This document shows positions 49,190-60,614 of a stretch of DNA of 64,000 bases, piece by piece. This DNA is from Longimicrobiales bacterium. GTDB lineage: Bacteria; Gemmatimonadota; Gemmatimonadetes; Longimicrobiales; Gaopeijiaceae. The notes under the pieces are model-generated. The model saw only the letters and a list, made by a program, of their open reading frames with translations, was not told the DNA's origin and did not search any database. Both the position numbers and the translations under genes were made by a program. The stretch is taken from NCBI GenBank assembly GCA_965202805.1, contig OZ241869.1, positions 3,136,001 to 3,200,000 of the forward strand, in the 5' to 3' direction. Within the stretch, counting starts at the first letter, position 1; every line of letters begins with the position of its first letter.

Positions 49190-50392
49190 ATGACCGGACG
49201 CGAGAGGGGAATCGTCTTCCTGTCCGGAAAGCGGACCGGGTTCGGAGCGTTCGGCGGATCACTCAAGCATCTGTCCGCCACCGAACTCGGCGTCGCGTCG
49301 GGCAGCGCGGCCGTGGAGGCCGCCGGGCTCACGCCCGACCGGCTCGACCATGTCGTCTACGGGAATGCGCTCCAGACCTCGGGCGACGCCATCTACCTCG
49401 CCCGCCACGTGGGGCTCGGGGTGGGCACGCCCGACCGCGTCCCCGCGCTGACCGTCAACCGCCTGTGCGGCTCGGGCTTCCAGGCGATCGCCAGCGGGGC
49501 CCACGAGATCCTCCAGGGCGGCGCCCGGGCGGTCCTCTGCGGCGGGACCGAATCGATGAGCCAGGCGCCCCATGTGGTGCGCGGCGCGCGCTGGGGCAGC
49601 CTGCGCCTGGGGGACCCCGGCCGTTACTTCGAGGATTCGCTCTGGACCGCCCTCGAAGACACCAGCTGCGGCCTGACCATGGCGCAGACCGCGGAAGAGC
49701 TCGGAGACCGGTACGGGGTGACCCGCGAGTACTCCGACGAAGTGGCGCATCGCAGCCATGTGCGCGCCCGGGCCGCCTGGGAGGAAGGCCGCTTCGCCGA
49801 CGAGGTCGTCCCCATCACTCTCCGCACCCGCAAGGGCGAGAAGGAGTTCGCGGCCGACGAGCACATCCGCCCGGATGTCTCCCTGGAGGGGCTGGCCCGG
49901 CTGCGGCCGTATTTCCGCAAGGGCGGGTTCGTCACCGCCGGGAACGCGAGCGGCATCGGCGACGGGTCGGCCAGCACCGTCATCGCCGACGCGGCATGGG
50001 CGGCCGGCGAGGGGCTCTCTCCCATCGGGCGCCTGGTTTCGTGGGCTTTCGTGGGCGTGGAGCCGAGGATCATGGGCATCGGACCCGCTCCGGCCGCCCG
50101 CGCCGCCCTCGACCGGGCGGGCCTCGCGCTCGACGACATGGAGCTGGTCGAGGTCAACGAGGCGTTCGCACCGCAATACGCGTCCGTCGAGCGCGATCTG
50201 GGACTCGATCCCGACAGGACCAACGTCAACGGCGGCGCCATCGCCATCACCCACCCCCTGGCGGCCTCCGGGACCCGCATCACCATCCACCTGCTTCACG
50301 AGCTGCGGAGGCGCGGCGCGCGCTACGGGCTGGGCTCCGCGTGCATTGGCGGCGGCCAGGGTGGGGCCGTGGTCGTGGAAGCCTTCTCCTGA
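49190..50392 (+). CDS. Acetyl-CoA C-acyltransferase (thiolase)
   Basis: NRLCGSG, GGTESMS, TAGNASG, EVNEAF, NGGAIA..HP, ACIGGGQG. Confidence 0.93.
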   Translation: MTGRERGIVFLSGKRTGFGAFGGSLKHLSATELGVASGSAAVEAAGLTPDRLDHVVYGNALQTSGDAIYLARHVGLGVGTPDRVPALTVNRLCGSGFQAIASGAHEILQGGARAVLCGGTESMSQAPHVVRGARWGSLRLGDPGRYFEDSLWTALEDTSCGLTMAQTAEELGDRYGVTREYSDEVAHRSHVRARAAWEEGRFADEVVPITLRTRKGEKEFAADEHIRPDVSLEGLARLRPYFRKGGFVTAGNASGIGDGSASTVIADAAWAAGEGLSPIGRLVSWAFVGVEPRIMGIGPAPAARAALDRAGLALDDMELVEVNEAFAPQYASVERDLGLDPDRTNVNGGAIAITHPLAASGTRITIHLLHELRRRGARYGLGSACIGGGQGGAVVVEAFS

Positions 50393-50402
50393 GGAGCAAT
50401 AC

Positions 50403-51281
50403 GTGAACATCCAACGGATAGGGGTCGCCGGTTGCGGCCTCATGGGCAGCGGCATCGCCGAGGTTGCGGCCAGGGCCGGATTCGACGTCGTCGTGAGCGA
50501 GGTCGACGAGAACGCGCTCGAAGCCGGCAGGAGCCGGATCGTCAAGTCGATGGGCCGCGCGGTGGACAAGGAAAAGCTGTCCCCGGAGGCGCGTGACGAG
50601 GCCTGGGCCCGATTGTCCTTTACGACATCGCTCACGGACATGGCCGACAGGGACCTTGTGATCGAGGCGATCGTGGAGGACCTGGCGATCAAGTCGGAGT
50701 TGATGGGCGCTCTGGACCAGCTCACCGGTCCCGAAGCCATCTTCGCGTCCAACACCAGTTCCCTCACCATCACCGAAATCGCCGCCGCGACAAGCCGCCC
50801 CGACCGGGTGGTCGGCCTCCACTTCTTCAATCCGGTGCCGGTGATGAAGCTGGTGGAGGTGGTCCGCACCATCGCCACGGACGAGGAGGTCTTCAACGCC
50901 GCCTACCGGTTCGCGCGCGACCTCGGCAAGGAGCCGATCAGGGCGAAGGACAACTCGGGCTTCGTCGTCAATCTGCTGCTCGTGCCCTACATGCTGGACT
51001 CCATTCGGCAACTGGAGCGGGGCGTGGCCTCGGTCGAGGACATCGACAAGGGAATGATGCTGGGCACGGGCTACCCGATGGGGCCGTTCCTGCTGTGCGA
51101 CTTCGTGGGCGTCGACACGACGTACCGCATCGCGGAGATCATGTTCGAGGAATATCGGGAGGCGAGATACGCCCCCCCGCCGCTTCTCAAGCGCCTGGTG
51201 GCGCTGGGCAGATTCGGGCGCAAGACGGGGAAGGGATTCTACGACTGGAGCACAAAGCCACCGCGTCCGCTACCGCTGTAG
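50403..51281 (+). CDS. 3-hydroxybutyryl-CoA dehydrogenase
   Basis: GCGLMGSGIA, IEAIVE, SNTSS, GLHFFNPVP, GFVVN, PMGP; SD GAGGAG, GTG start. Confidence 0.92.
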   Translation: MNIQRIGVAGCGLMGSGIAEVAARAGFDVVVSEVDENALEAGRSRIVKSMGRAVDKEKLSPEARDEAWARLSFTTSLTDMADRDLVIEAIVEDLAIKSELMGALDQLTGPEAIFASNTSSLTITEIAAATSRPDRVVGLHFFNPVPVMKLVEVVRTIATDEEVFNAAYRFARDLGKEPIRAKDNSGFVVNLLLVPYMLDSIRQLERGVASVEDIDKGMMLGTGYPMGPFLLCDFVGVDTTYRIAEIMFEEYREARYAPPPLLKRLVALGRFGRKTGKGFYDWSTKPPRPLPL

Positions 51282-51355
51282 CTTCACGTCGGGGATTCAA
51301 ACTGCAGGAGCCCTGCCCCACCGGGGGCGCGGGCCGTCGTCGGCTGGTGCGTCCT

Positions 51356-51556
51356 TCAGCGGCGAGACGAGGTTCGCCTCTGGCGCCGCCGCGCGCGGCG
51401 GATCGCGGCTTCCCTCTTCCGCTTGCGTTGCGCGCTCGGCTTCTCGTAGAAGCGGCGCTTGCGCAGTTCCGAGTAGAGCCCCGACCGCTGTACCTTGCGC
51501 TTGAAGCGCCGGAGCGCCCGCTCCAGATTCTCGCCTTCCTGAATCACGACTTCCAA
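51356..51556 (-). CDS. rpsU: 30S ribosomal protein S21
   Basis: [13 protein letters not shown]...RFYEKPS.QRKRK; TTG start after AAGGAAGG. Confidence 0.93.
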   Translation of the reverse strand: MEVVIQEGENLERALRRFKRKVQRSGLYSELRKRRFYEKPSAQRKRKREAAIRRARRRQRRTSSRR

Positions 51557-51925
51557 ACAGAGCCTTCCTTTTCCCTGTACCGCCGTTCCGCTCAACCCCG
51601 GGGGGCGATTGCCCTCGTGTCCGGGCAGGCAATCTAGTCGATTCCCGGTCTTCCCGGAATCCCCACACCCGGATTGGCCTGCGGCCGGGGACGGGCGGTT
51701 GACCCGGTCCGGTCATGGGCCGGCACCGTTCGGACTCACATTTTCTTCCTCCCCGGCATCGATGAGTGCGAAGGGCCGTTTTTTGTAAAACATCTGTATC
51801 GGAGCGATGTTCGAAGCGTCACGAACCACTTGATGGAAGGCGAACTCCGGCACCAACTTATCGAAGCACTGCGATCACCTCCGAACGTGCCTGCAGCTCT
51901 TGGGAACAAGTGAATTATGGTTTTT

Positions 51926-51974
51926 GTCCATATCTTGTAACTCGTTGTCATATCATGGGTTATAATATTTGGAC
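51926..51974. promoter_or_regulatory. AT-rich imperfect palindrome containing TATAAT
   Basis: GTCCATATCTTGTAACTC (51926-51943) and GGGTTATAATATTTGGAC (51957-51974), 14/18 complementary, 13-bp spacer. Confidence 0.5.
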
Positions 51975-52152
51975 CGCTGGCATTCATTTCGTTTTGAAGC
52001 TCTTGCGCACGCGCTCCGGACCTTATAGGATCGAAGCCTTGCGGGACGATCCCGCCGAAATGGATCCCGCTCCTTCGCGGGTTCTGCGGGAAGGCGTTGC
52101 CGGCGCCTCGATTCCAGTTCCGTTCACATCAGCCTGGGAGCCAACCGACAAG

Positions 52153-52347
52153 ATGTGGGAAACCCGATCCGTCAACCTCAACATCCGCCTGCCGCGCGAT
52201 GTCGCCAGGAAAGCCGAAGCAGTTCAGGAATCAAATCCGGAGTTTCTCAGCCATGTCCTCATCGGAGGACTCACCCGGCACAGCATCTACGAGCACCTGA
52301 AGGAGTACGAGGAGTCTCTCTCCCACTGCACCGGGGACGCCCGCTGA
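52153..52347 (+). CDS. Small hypothetical protein, possible ribbon-helix-helix fold
   Basis: MWETRSVNLNIRLPRDVARKAEAVQ...: beta strand followed by two helices; GGAG upstream. Confidence 0.6.
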   Translation: MWETRSVNLNIRLPRDVARKAEAVQESNPEFLSHVLIGGLTRHSIYEHLKEYEESLSHCTGDAR

Positions 52348-52483
52348 GCCCAGGCCCGCCGCGTCCCTCCTCACGCAGGTCATCCGCGCATTCCGCAAGG
52401 TATCCCGACACTCCAGCCCCGCGCCCGCATTCTCCGCTTGTGGATGTTGGCCACGGGGGCGTTGCCGAGCCCTGCGCAGCCAT

Positions 52484-52499
52484 CGGCATGCTCCTTGCT
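52484..52499 (+). promoter_or_regulatory. Putative sigma54 (-24/-12) promoter
   Basis: CGGCATGCTCCTTGCT gives GG-N10-GC with near-consensus flanks, about 130 bp upstream of the 52627 gene. Confidence 0.4.
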
Positions 52500-52626
52500 T
52501 GCATCCGGCATGGCATTGCGGAACCGGTTCTCATACAATAGACCCGCCTGAAAGAGGTCTCCTGCTCCAGACCTCGTCGGGCCGGAAGTCCGACGCACAC
52601 CGGATGCGGGGACAACAGGAGGAGAC

Positions 52627-52983
52627 GTGGCTGGTATCGATGGGCCGGCTGGCACCGGGGCCCACTCCTCACGACGCGAGCCGCTCGCTGTCTTGCGCGC
52701 GAAGCACCGTGACTACTGTTCCGCGCGTGTATTCCGCATCATTCAGCGCATGTCACCCGACGAGATGTTCGTCTTCGTCAAGGATCTGGCCCACGATTCG
52801 CGGGAGAGCGGGGAGCCCTCCTACGATGAAATGGTTCGTCTGGCTACGACCCGCATCTACGCGGAGGAGGGGCTGCCCTCATTCGAGGACTGGGTCGAGC
52901 AATACAGAACCAACCCGGAGCACTTCGACGCCGTGCTGCTCGATCTCTGGCGGTCCGAAGAGGGCAGACAGCCTCCGGGCTGA
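52627..52983 (+). CDS. Hypothetical protein
   Basis: Strong SD AGGAGGAG before GTG; helical globular sequence (DYCSAR...LPSFEDW...Y..NP). Confidence 0.72.
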   Translation: MAGIDGPAGTGAHSSRREPLAVLRAKHRDYCSARVFRIIQRMSPDEMFVFVKDLAHDSRESGEPSYDEMVRLATTRIYAEEGLPSFEDWVEQYRTNPEHFDAVLLDLWRSEEGRQPPG

Positions 52984-53037
52984 CGGGCGCCGGCGTCCCT
53001 CGCTGCTCCCGGCGCGCGTGGATTCAACCACGGACTG

Positions 53038-53481
53038 CTAGAAGGGCAGATCGTCGTCGGGTTCCTGCATCGCGCCTCCCCGCCTGGCCGGATCCGCGGC
53101 CGGGCGTTGCGGACGGCCCCCCGCATCGCCCATCTCGGGGGTTCGGCCTCCCGATCCCAGCATGATCATGTCCCGCACGATGATGTCGGTCCAGTAGCGC
53201 GTCTCACCCTGTGGAGTCTGGGTCTGGGAGTACTCGAGACGGCCTTCGACGTAGAGGCGGTCTCCCTTCTTGACCCACTGTTCGACGATGTCGGAGAGCC
53301 GGCCGAAGAAGGTAAGGCGGTGCCACTGGGTGCGTTCCTGCTGGCGCCCGGAGCGGTCGTTGAAGGTCTCGTTGGTGGCGACGGAGAACTTCGCCACCTT
53401 GGTACCGGAAGGCGTCATGCGGATGTCGGGATCCGAGCCGACGTTGCCGATGAGGGTGACCTTGTTCAGCGAGCGGCTCAT
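53038..53481 (-). CDS. ssb: Single-stranded DNA-binding protein
   Basis: SLNKVTLIGNVGSDP, ERTQWH, KGDRLYVEGRL, acidic tail DDDLPF. Confidence 0.96.
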   Translation of the reverse strand: MSRSLNKVTLIGNVGSDPDIRMTPSGTKVAKFSVATNETFNDRSGRQQERTQWHRLTFFGRLSDIVEQWVKKGDRLYVEGRLEYSQTQTPQGETRYWTDIIVRDMIMLGSGGRTPEMGDAGGRPQRPAADPARRGGAMQEPDDDLPF

Positions 53482-53710
53482 GGGCAAGCCTCCCTGGAGC
53501 GGGTGGGTGTTCAAGAGGCGAAGTGTAATCTAACCGGCCCGGGGTGGCCATGCCGATGGAGATTGGGGACCGTACGACCGACCGCTGGCGCCGGGAAGCG
53601 CTCGGGCCCTAGTTTCGTGCCGACCCGGTGGAGCCCGACGCGGGACCGATTCTGGTTCGGGGCAAGCCTCCTCCGACACTTCCGTCACCTCCTGCCAGCG
53701 GATTTCTGCG

Positions 53711-54496
53711 ATGCCGGAACGGCAATATGTGCGTATCGACCGGGACCGGGAGATCGCGATCGTGACCATCGACCGGCGGCGCAAGCTGAACGCCCTCAAT
53801 CAGCAGGTCGTGGCCGAGATCGGCGACGCGTTCGAGTCGCTGGGCGAAGACGACGGCGTACGGGGCGTCATCCTGACCGGGGCGGGCGAGAAGGCCTTCG
53901 TGGCGGGGGCGGACATCGGCGTGCTTGCGGAGATGACGCCTCTTTCGGCCGTGGAGGTGAGCCGCCGGGGACAGGAGGTGCTGGCGGCCATCGAGCGATT
54001 CCCGAAGCCGGTGCTGGCGGCGGTGGGCGGCTTCGCTCTCGGCGGGGGATGCGAGCTGGCGATGGCCTGCCACCTTCGCATCGCTTCCGCGAACGCGCGC
54101 TTCGGGCTTCCGGAGGTAACGCTGGGCATCCTCCCGGGATACGGCGGCACGATTCGGCTGGCGCGCATCGTCGGGCTGGGACGCGCGCTGGAGATGACGC
54201 TCACGGGCGACATGATCGACGCGCCGACGGCGGAGCGCTACGGCCTGGTTTCCCGCGTTGTGGAGAGAGCGGAGCTGCACGACGCGGCGGTCGCGCTGAT
54301 GCGCAGGATCACGAAGAACGCGCCGGTCGCGCTCCGGTTCGCCCTCGAGTCCATCTACTCCGCCCTCGACAGCGCCGAGGCCGATGCGCACGCCTTCGAG
54401 TCATCGCTCTTCGGCGTGCTGGCGGCCACCGAGGACATGCGCGAGGGGATGGGGGCGTTTCTGGAGCGGCGAGGGGCGAACTTCCACGGACGTTGA
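53711..54496 (+). CDS. Enoyl-CoA hydratase (crotonase)
   Basis: KLNAL, AFVAGADI, GFALGGGCELA, FGLPEV.LG..PG.GGT. Confidence 0.92.
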   Translation: MPERQYVRIDRDREIAIVTIDRRRKLNALNQQVVAEIGDAFESLGEDDGVRGVILTGAGEKAFVAGADIGVLAEMTPLSAVEVSRRGQEVLAAIERFPKPVLAAVGGFALGGGCELAMACHLRIASANARFGLPEVTLGILPGYGGTIRLARIVGLGRALEMTLTGDMIDAPTAERYGLVSRVVERAELHDAAVALMRRITKNAPVALRFALESIYSALDSAEADAHAFESSLFGVLAATEDMREGMGAFLERRGANFHGR

Positions 54497-54503
54497 AGCG
54501 CCG

Positions 54504-55619
54504 GTGCGTCTGAGCCGTCTTACGCTGTATCACTTCCGCAATCTCGGCGTGCAGGAACTCGAGTTCCCTCCCGAGGGCGTCGCCGTCGTGGGCCCCAACG
54601 CACACGGCAAGACGAACCTGCTGGAGGCGATCTACTATCTGGAGACCTTCCGGTCGTTCCGCGCGGCGAGGGACGAGCAGCTGACGGCCTTCGGGCAGCC
54701 GGTCTTCCGGCTGGCGGGCCGGTTTGCCGGAGAGGACGAACCCGTGGAGGTGACCGCGGCGTTCCAGCGGGCCGGACCGCGCAAGAAGGTGACCATCGAC
54801 GGACACGAGCCCGACCGCCTGGGCGATGCCCTGGGGCGCACGGCGGCGGTCGTGTTCGCTCCCTCGGATGTGAAGGTGGTCGCAGGAGGGCCCGCCGAAC
54901 GGCGCAGGTTCCTCGACATCGTGCTCTCGCTGGCGTCGCCGGGATACCTGCGGGCGCTCCAGCAGTACCGGCTCGTGCTCGCCCAGCGCAACGCGGCGCT
55001 CAAGGCGCGAAGCGACCGCGCGACCGTGGCCGCCTGGGACGACCCGCTCACCTCGCTCGGCGCGAAGGTGATGAGCGCGCGGCGCGGCTGGATCGCCGGT
55101 TCCGCGAAGAGGTTCCGGGCCTACTACCGCGAGATCTCGGGAGGCAGGCCCGCGCGCATGTCGTACCGGCCATCGGTGGGCGATGCGGCGGACGCGGAGC
55201 AGGCGGATCTGCCCGAGCGGTTCGCGCACGCGCTCTCGCGCACGCGCGGCAGGGAGCGGAGGCTGGCCACCACGGTGGTGGGCCCGCACCGCGACGAGAT
55301 GGCGATCAGCCTCGAGGCGGACTCGGGAGACCTCGATCTGCGCACCTTCGGTTCCGGGGGGCAGCAGCGCACCGGCGCCCTGTCCCTTCGTCTCACCGAG
55401 GCCGCCACGGTGCGCGAGGTGCGCGGGAAGACCCCCATCCTGCTGCTGGACGACGTGTTCTCGGAGCTGGATGAGGGCCGATCCCGGCGCATCCTGGAAC
55501 TCATCGAGGGGAGCCTGCGCCATCAGGTGATTCTCACGGCGCCCCGGGAGACGGATGTGCAGGTGCGCCGGGAGACGATTCCGCGGTGGCGCGTCGACAA
55601 CGGAGTCGTGAGCACGTGA
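54504..55619 (+). CDS. recF: DNA replication/repair protein RecF
   Basis: FRN, GPNAHGKTNLLEAI, GGPAERRRFLD, QRNAAL, GPHRD, GSGGQQR, LLLDDVFSELD. Confidence 0.95.
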   Translation: MRLSRLTLYHFRNLGVQELEFPPEGVAVVGPNAHGKTNLLEAIYYLETFRSFRAARDEQLTAFGQPVFRLAGRFAGEDEPVEVTAAFQRAGPRKKVTIDGHEPDRLGDALGRTAAVVFAPSDVKVVAGGPAERRRFLDIVLSLASPGYLRALQQYRLVLAQRNAALKARSDRATVAAWDDPLTSLGAKVMSARRGWIAGSAKRFRAYYREISGGRPARMSYRPSVGDAADAEQADLPERFAHALSRTRGRERRLATTVVGPHRDEMAISLEADSGDLDLRTFGSGGQQRTGALSLRLTEAATVREVRGKTPILLLDDVFSELDEGRSRRILELIEGSLRHQVILTAPRETDVQVRRETIPRWRVDNGVVST

Positions 55620-56077
55620 GCGAGACCCGTGAGGAGATCGCGCGCATCCTGGCCCGCCGAAGACGTGCGGCCGGTCCGGACGGCGAACCGGAGGGATCCC
55701 CGGAAGGTGTACCGGGCCGGTCACGGCCGGGCGCCCGGCGGGCCGGGGCAACCGGTTCCACGCCGCGGGGTCCCGAGAAGGTGGCAGACGTTCTCGGGCG
55801 CGTGCTCCGGCGACGGGGTCTCGACAGGCAGTTGGAGTATCAGAAGCTGGTGGAGGACTGGCCCCGGCTGGTGGGCCCGGGTTTGGCGCGCGTGACCCGG
55901 GCGCGCTCGGTCAGGAACGGGATCCTGATCGTGGAGGTGCCCTCCTCCGCGTGGGCCATGGAGCTCAACATGCGCAAACGGCAGATCATGGCGCGGCTGA
56001 ACGCCGGCCGGAGCGTTCGCATCAAGCGCGTGATGTTCGTGCTCTCCGCCGGCGATGAAGAGGGGGGTGGATGGTGA
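55616..56077 (+). CDS. dciA: DUF721/DciA family protein
   Basis: W..LVG..LA..T......GILIVEVPSSAWAMEL; located directly after recF. Confidence 0.85.
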   Translation: MSETREEIARILARRRRAAGPDGEPEGSPEGVPGRSRPGARRAGATGSTPRGPEKVADVLGRVLRRRGLDRQLEYQKLVEDWPRLVGPGLARVTRARSVRNGILIVEVPSSAWAMELNMRKRQIMARLNAGRSVRIKRVMFVLSAGDEEGGGW

Positions 56078-57564
56078 AGCGCGGATTCTTCGGCCGCGCC
56101 GCGCGATGGCTTCTGGTCGGGGTGGGAGCCTACTTCGCGGTCGTGTACGTCGACGCGCGCCTGGACTGGGTGGCGATGGAGGAGGGGGGGGCCTCCGCCC
56201 TCCCGCCCCCCGCCCCATCGACCCGGGTGGCCGGCGCGATCCACGTGCACACGCGCCGCTCCGACGACGCCATCGGGACCGAAGCCGAATTGGCGCGAGC
56301 GGCGCGCGCGGCCGGTCTGGACTTCGTCTTCCTCGCCGACCATCGCGACGCAAGCTCCCCCCCGGCCGAGTGGGAACGCACCGCCCGGCGGGTGGAGGGG
56401 GTGCTGCTGGTCCGCGGCCAGGAGATCCGCGTGGAAGGGGTCGGCAAGGTGCTGGTCGACCGCCTGGATACCGCGGTGGTGTCGTGGACGGGCGGAGCGG
56501 AGAGCTTCCTCGCCCGGGTGGAGCGCGACTCGGCCTTCGCGGTGGTGGCGCACCCGCGCGGCCGTCCCTCCGACAGGTGGCGGCCCGCCGGCGCGCCCGG
56601 GATGGCCGCCTGGGAGGTGTTCGACTTCGCGGACGTGGCCCGCCGCCGACTGGCGAGCCCGAGCGTCCTCTACCACCTGGTGGCGTTGGCGGGCGGGGAG
56701 CTGACCGGCCGCGCCGAGCACAGCTGGCTGCGGCTCTACCGGGACGGGTTCCGCGCCCCCGGGGTGGCCGCCTTCGACTCCCTGTGGGCTGGCGGCGGAT
56801 CGGGGCGGTCGCTCCCGCTCGAGCGGCCGGCGTCGACCGGCGGGATTCGGCCCGCCGCGGCCGGCCAGGGTGGTCGGACCGTCCTGGAGGGCTCCCGGCC
56901 CGCGATGGTCGGACGGCCCGGCCCCACCGCGGTCGGAGGGCTCGACATGCACCCCAAGGCCCGGCTGCCGGGGGGCAGGCTCTTCCCCTCGTACACGTCC
57001 TCGCTGCGCACGATGATCAACCACGTCGCGCTCGACGCACCGCCGGACTCCGACCCGGCCGAGGCCGCCCGCGCGCTGGGGGCGGCGATCGGGCGCGGCG
57101 ACGTGTTCGTGTCGTTCGGCGATGCGGAAGGGGCGCGCGCGTTCCGGGTCGGGGTGGCCGACCCGGGTCGCGGGGCCACCGGGCCGGGCGTCGCCGTCTC
57201 CGCCGCCGGGCCGGGCGCCACCCCCGCCGGGCCGGGCACTACCCCCGCCGCCGGCGAATCCGCAACCCCCGTCCCCGCTTCCGGCCACGTCCCTCCCGGC
57301 GGAGCCACCCGCATGGCCGCGGGGCTCCGCCTGGAGGCCGGATTCGCGACCGCACCGGGCCGGGTCGCCTACCGGGTCGTGCGCGACGGCCGGGAGGTGG
57401 GGTGGTGGCGGGGGCCCGGCCTGTCTCGGGCGGTCGACGGACCCGGAGCCTACCGGGTGGAGGTGTTCAGGTACTCGGCCCGCCTGGGCCGACTGGTGTG
57501 GAACCTGCGCCCGTGGATCTTCGCCAATCCCGTGCTCGTGCGGCCATCGGCCGGAGGGCGCTGA
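56071..57564 (+). CDS. Membrane-anchored PHP-like metallophosphoesterase
   Basis: N-terminal TM, HVHT..SDD, LADH, GQE, AHP, GGLDMH, C-terminal GAYRVEV...PWIFANP. Confidence 0.7.
   Translation: MVKRGFFGRAARWLLVGVGAYFAVVYVDARLDWVAMEEGGASALPPPAPSTRVAGAIHVHTRRSDDAIGTEAELARAARAAGLDFVFLADHRDASSPPAEWERTARRVEGVLLVRGQEIRVEGVGKVLVDRLDTAVVSWTGGAESFLARVERDSAFAVVAHPRGRPSDRWRPAGAPGMAAWEVFDFADVARRRLASPSVLYHLVALAGGELTGRAEHSWLRLYRDGFRAPGVAAFDSLWAGGGSGRSLPLERPASTGGIRPAAAGQGGRTVLEGSRPAMVGRPGPTAVGGLDMHPKARLPGGRLFPSYTSSLRTMINHVALDAPPDSDPAEAARALGAAIGRGDVFVSFGDAEGARAFRVGVADPGRGATGPGVAVSAAGPGATPAGPGTTPAAGESATPVPASGHVPPGGATRMAAGLRLEAGFATAPGRVAYRVVRDGREVGWWRGPGLSRAVDGPGAYRVEVFRYSARLGRLVWNLRPWIFANPVLVRPSAGGR
57205..57246 (+). 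repeat. In-frame 21-bp tandem repeat (AGPGATP/AGPGTTP)
   Basis: GCCGGGCCGGGCGCCACCCCC followed by GCCGGGCCGGGCACTACCCCC. Confidence 0.75.
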
Positions 57565-59733
<2,169 letters not shown>

Positions 59734-59795
59734 CGCAGGTCGGCGATTGTCCGCGGCTCCTCGGCCGCCGCCCGACTACCTCTCGTCCAGCAACG

Positions 59796-60608
59796 CTACG
59801 GAGCGTTTCTCCGTCGCGCCGCATTGGCCAGGATCGCCTCCCGGAAGAACGCCGCCAACCCGGCTCCACGCTTCTCGAAGTGCTCGGTAAAGCGCGGATC
59901 CGCGACGTACATGTCGGCCAGGCCCGCGTGCATCGCGTGGCTGCACGGGTAGAACCAGCGGTCGATGTGGCAGCGGTGCTCCTCGGCGAGCTCTCTCGCG
60001 GCCCTGCTCGCAGCGTGGGCGCCCCCCTCCAGCAGCGCGGCGAGGCGAGCCATCACGTCCTCGGCTTCGGCCTTGATGCGCGTCCAGTCGTCCCCGTTGT
60101 AGCGCCGGGTGCGCCGCATGGATTCCGTGTAGGCGTCCGTCCGACCCCAGCGCTCGCGCGCCTCGTCCTCGTAGCGCTCGTGGTCGGAGTCCTCCAGCCC
60201 CTCGAACATCGTCGTCGTCTCCATCGGCTTCTCCTCCTCCATCGCCGCGAGCGCGCGGTCCACGCCCGCGATGATCCTGTTCGTCCTCTCCTGCCGTTCG
60301 CGCAACAGCTCCCGCTGGGCGATGAGAGCGCGCCGCTGGTCGTACGCAGCGGCATCCACCATCTCCGCGATGGCATCCAGCCGGAACCCCAGCTCGCGCA
60401 GCAGCAGGATCTGCCGGAGCCGCTCCAGATCCTCGTAGCCGTAGAGGCGGTAGCCGTTGCCCGCCCGCCGGGACGGGACCAGGAGTCCGATCCGGTCATA
60501 GTGGTGGAGGGTGCGCACCGTGACCTTGGCCAGGGTTGCGACCTCGCCGACGGTGTGTAGCTCTTCACCGGAGGGATCGTGCACCGCCAGTGGTTTTTCG
60601 GTGTTCAT
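59796..60608 (-). CDS. tipA: MerR family regulator with TipAS antibiotic-recognition domain (TipA-like)
   Basis: VTVRTLHHYDRIGLL.P....NGYRLY; C-terminal EARERWG.T.AY.ES, H...I..WFYPC, LADMYVADPRF. Confidence 0.9.
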   Translation of the reverse strand: MNTEKPLAVHDPSGEELHTVGEVATLAKVTVRTLHHYDRIGLLVPSRRAGNGYRLYGYEDLERLRQILLLRELGFRLDAIAEMVDAAAYDQRRALIAQRELLRERQERTNRIIAGVDRALAAMEEEKPMETTTMFEGLEDSDHERYEDEARERWGRTDAYTESMRRTRRYNGDDWTRIKAEAEDVMARLAALLEGGAHAASRAARELAEEHRCHIDRWFYPCSHAMHAGLADMYVADPRFTEHFEKRGAGLAAFFREAILANAARRRNAP

Positions 60609-60614
60609 GGACGG

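Noticed and set aside
51674..51987. Short ORFs in the AT-rich intergenic region (79 aa plus strand, 83 aa minus strand)
   Set aside because: No SD, atypical codon usage, no recognisable motifs; not supportable as genes
51900..51990. AT-rich stretch as oriC or dif site
   Set aside because: No clustered TTATCCACA-type DnaA boxes seen and no dnaA nearby; palindrome geometry (18-bp arms, 13-bp spacer) does not match the 11-6-11 dif layout or the XerD arm
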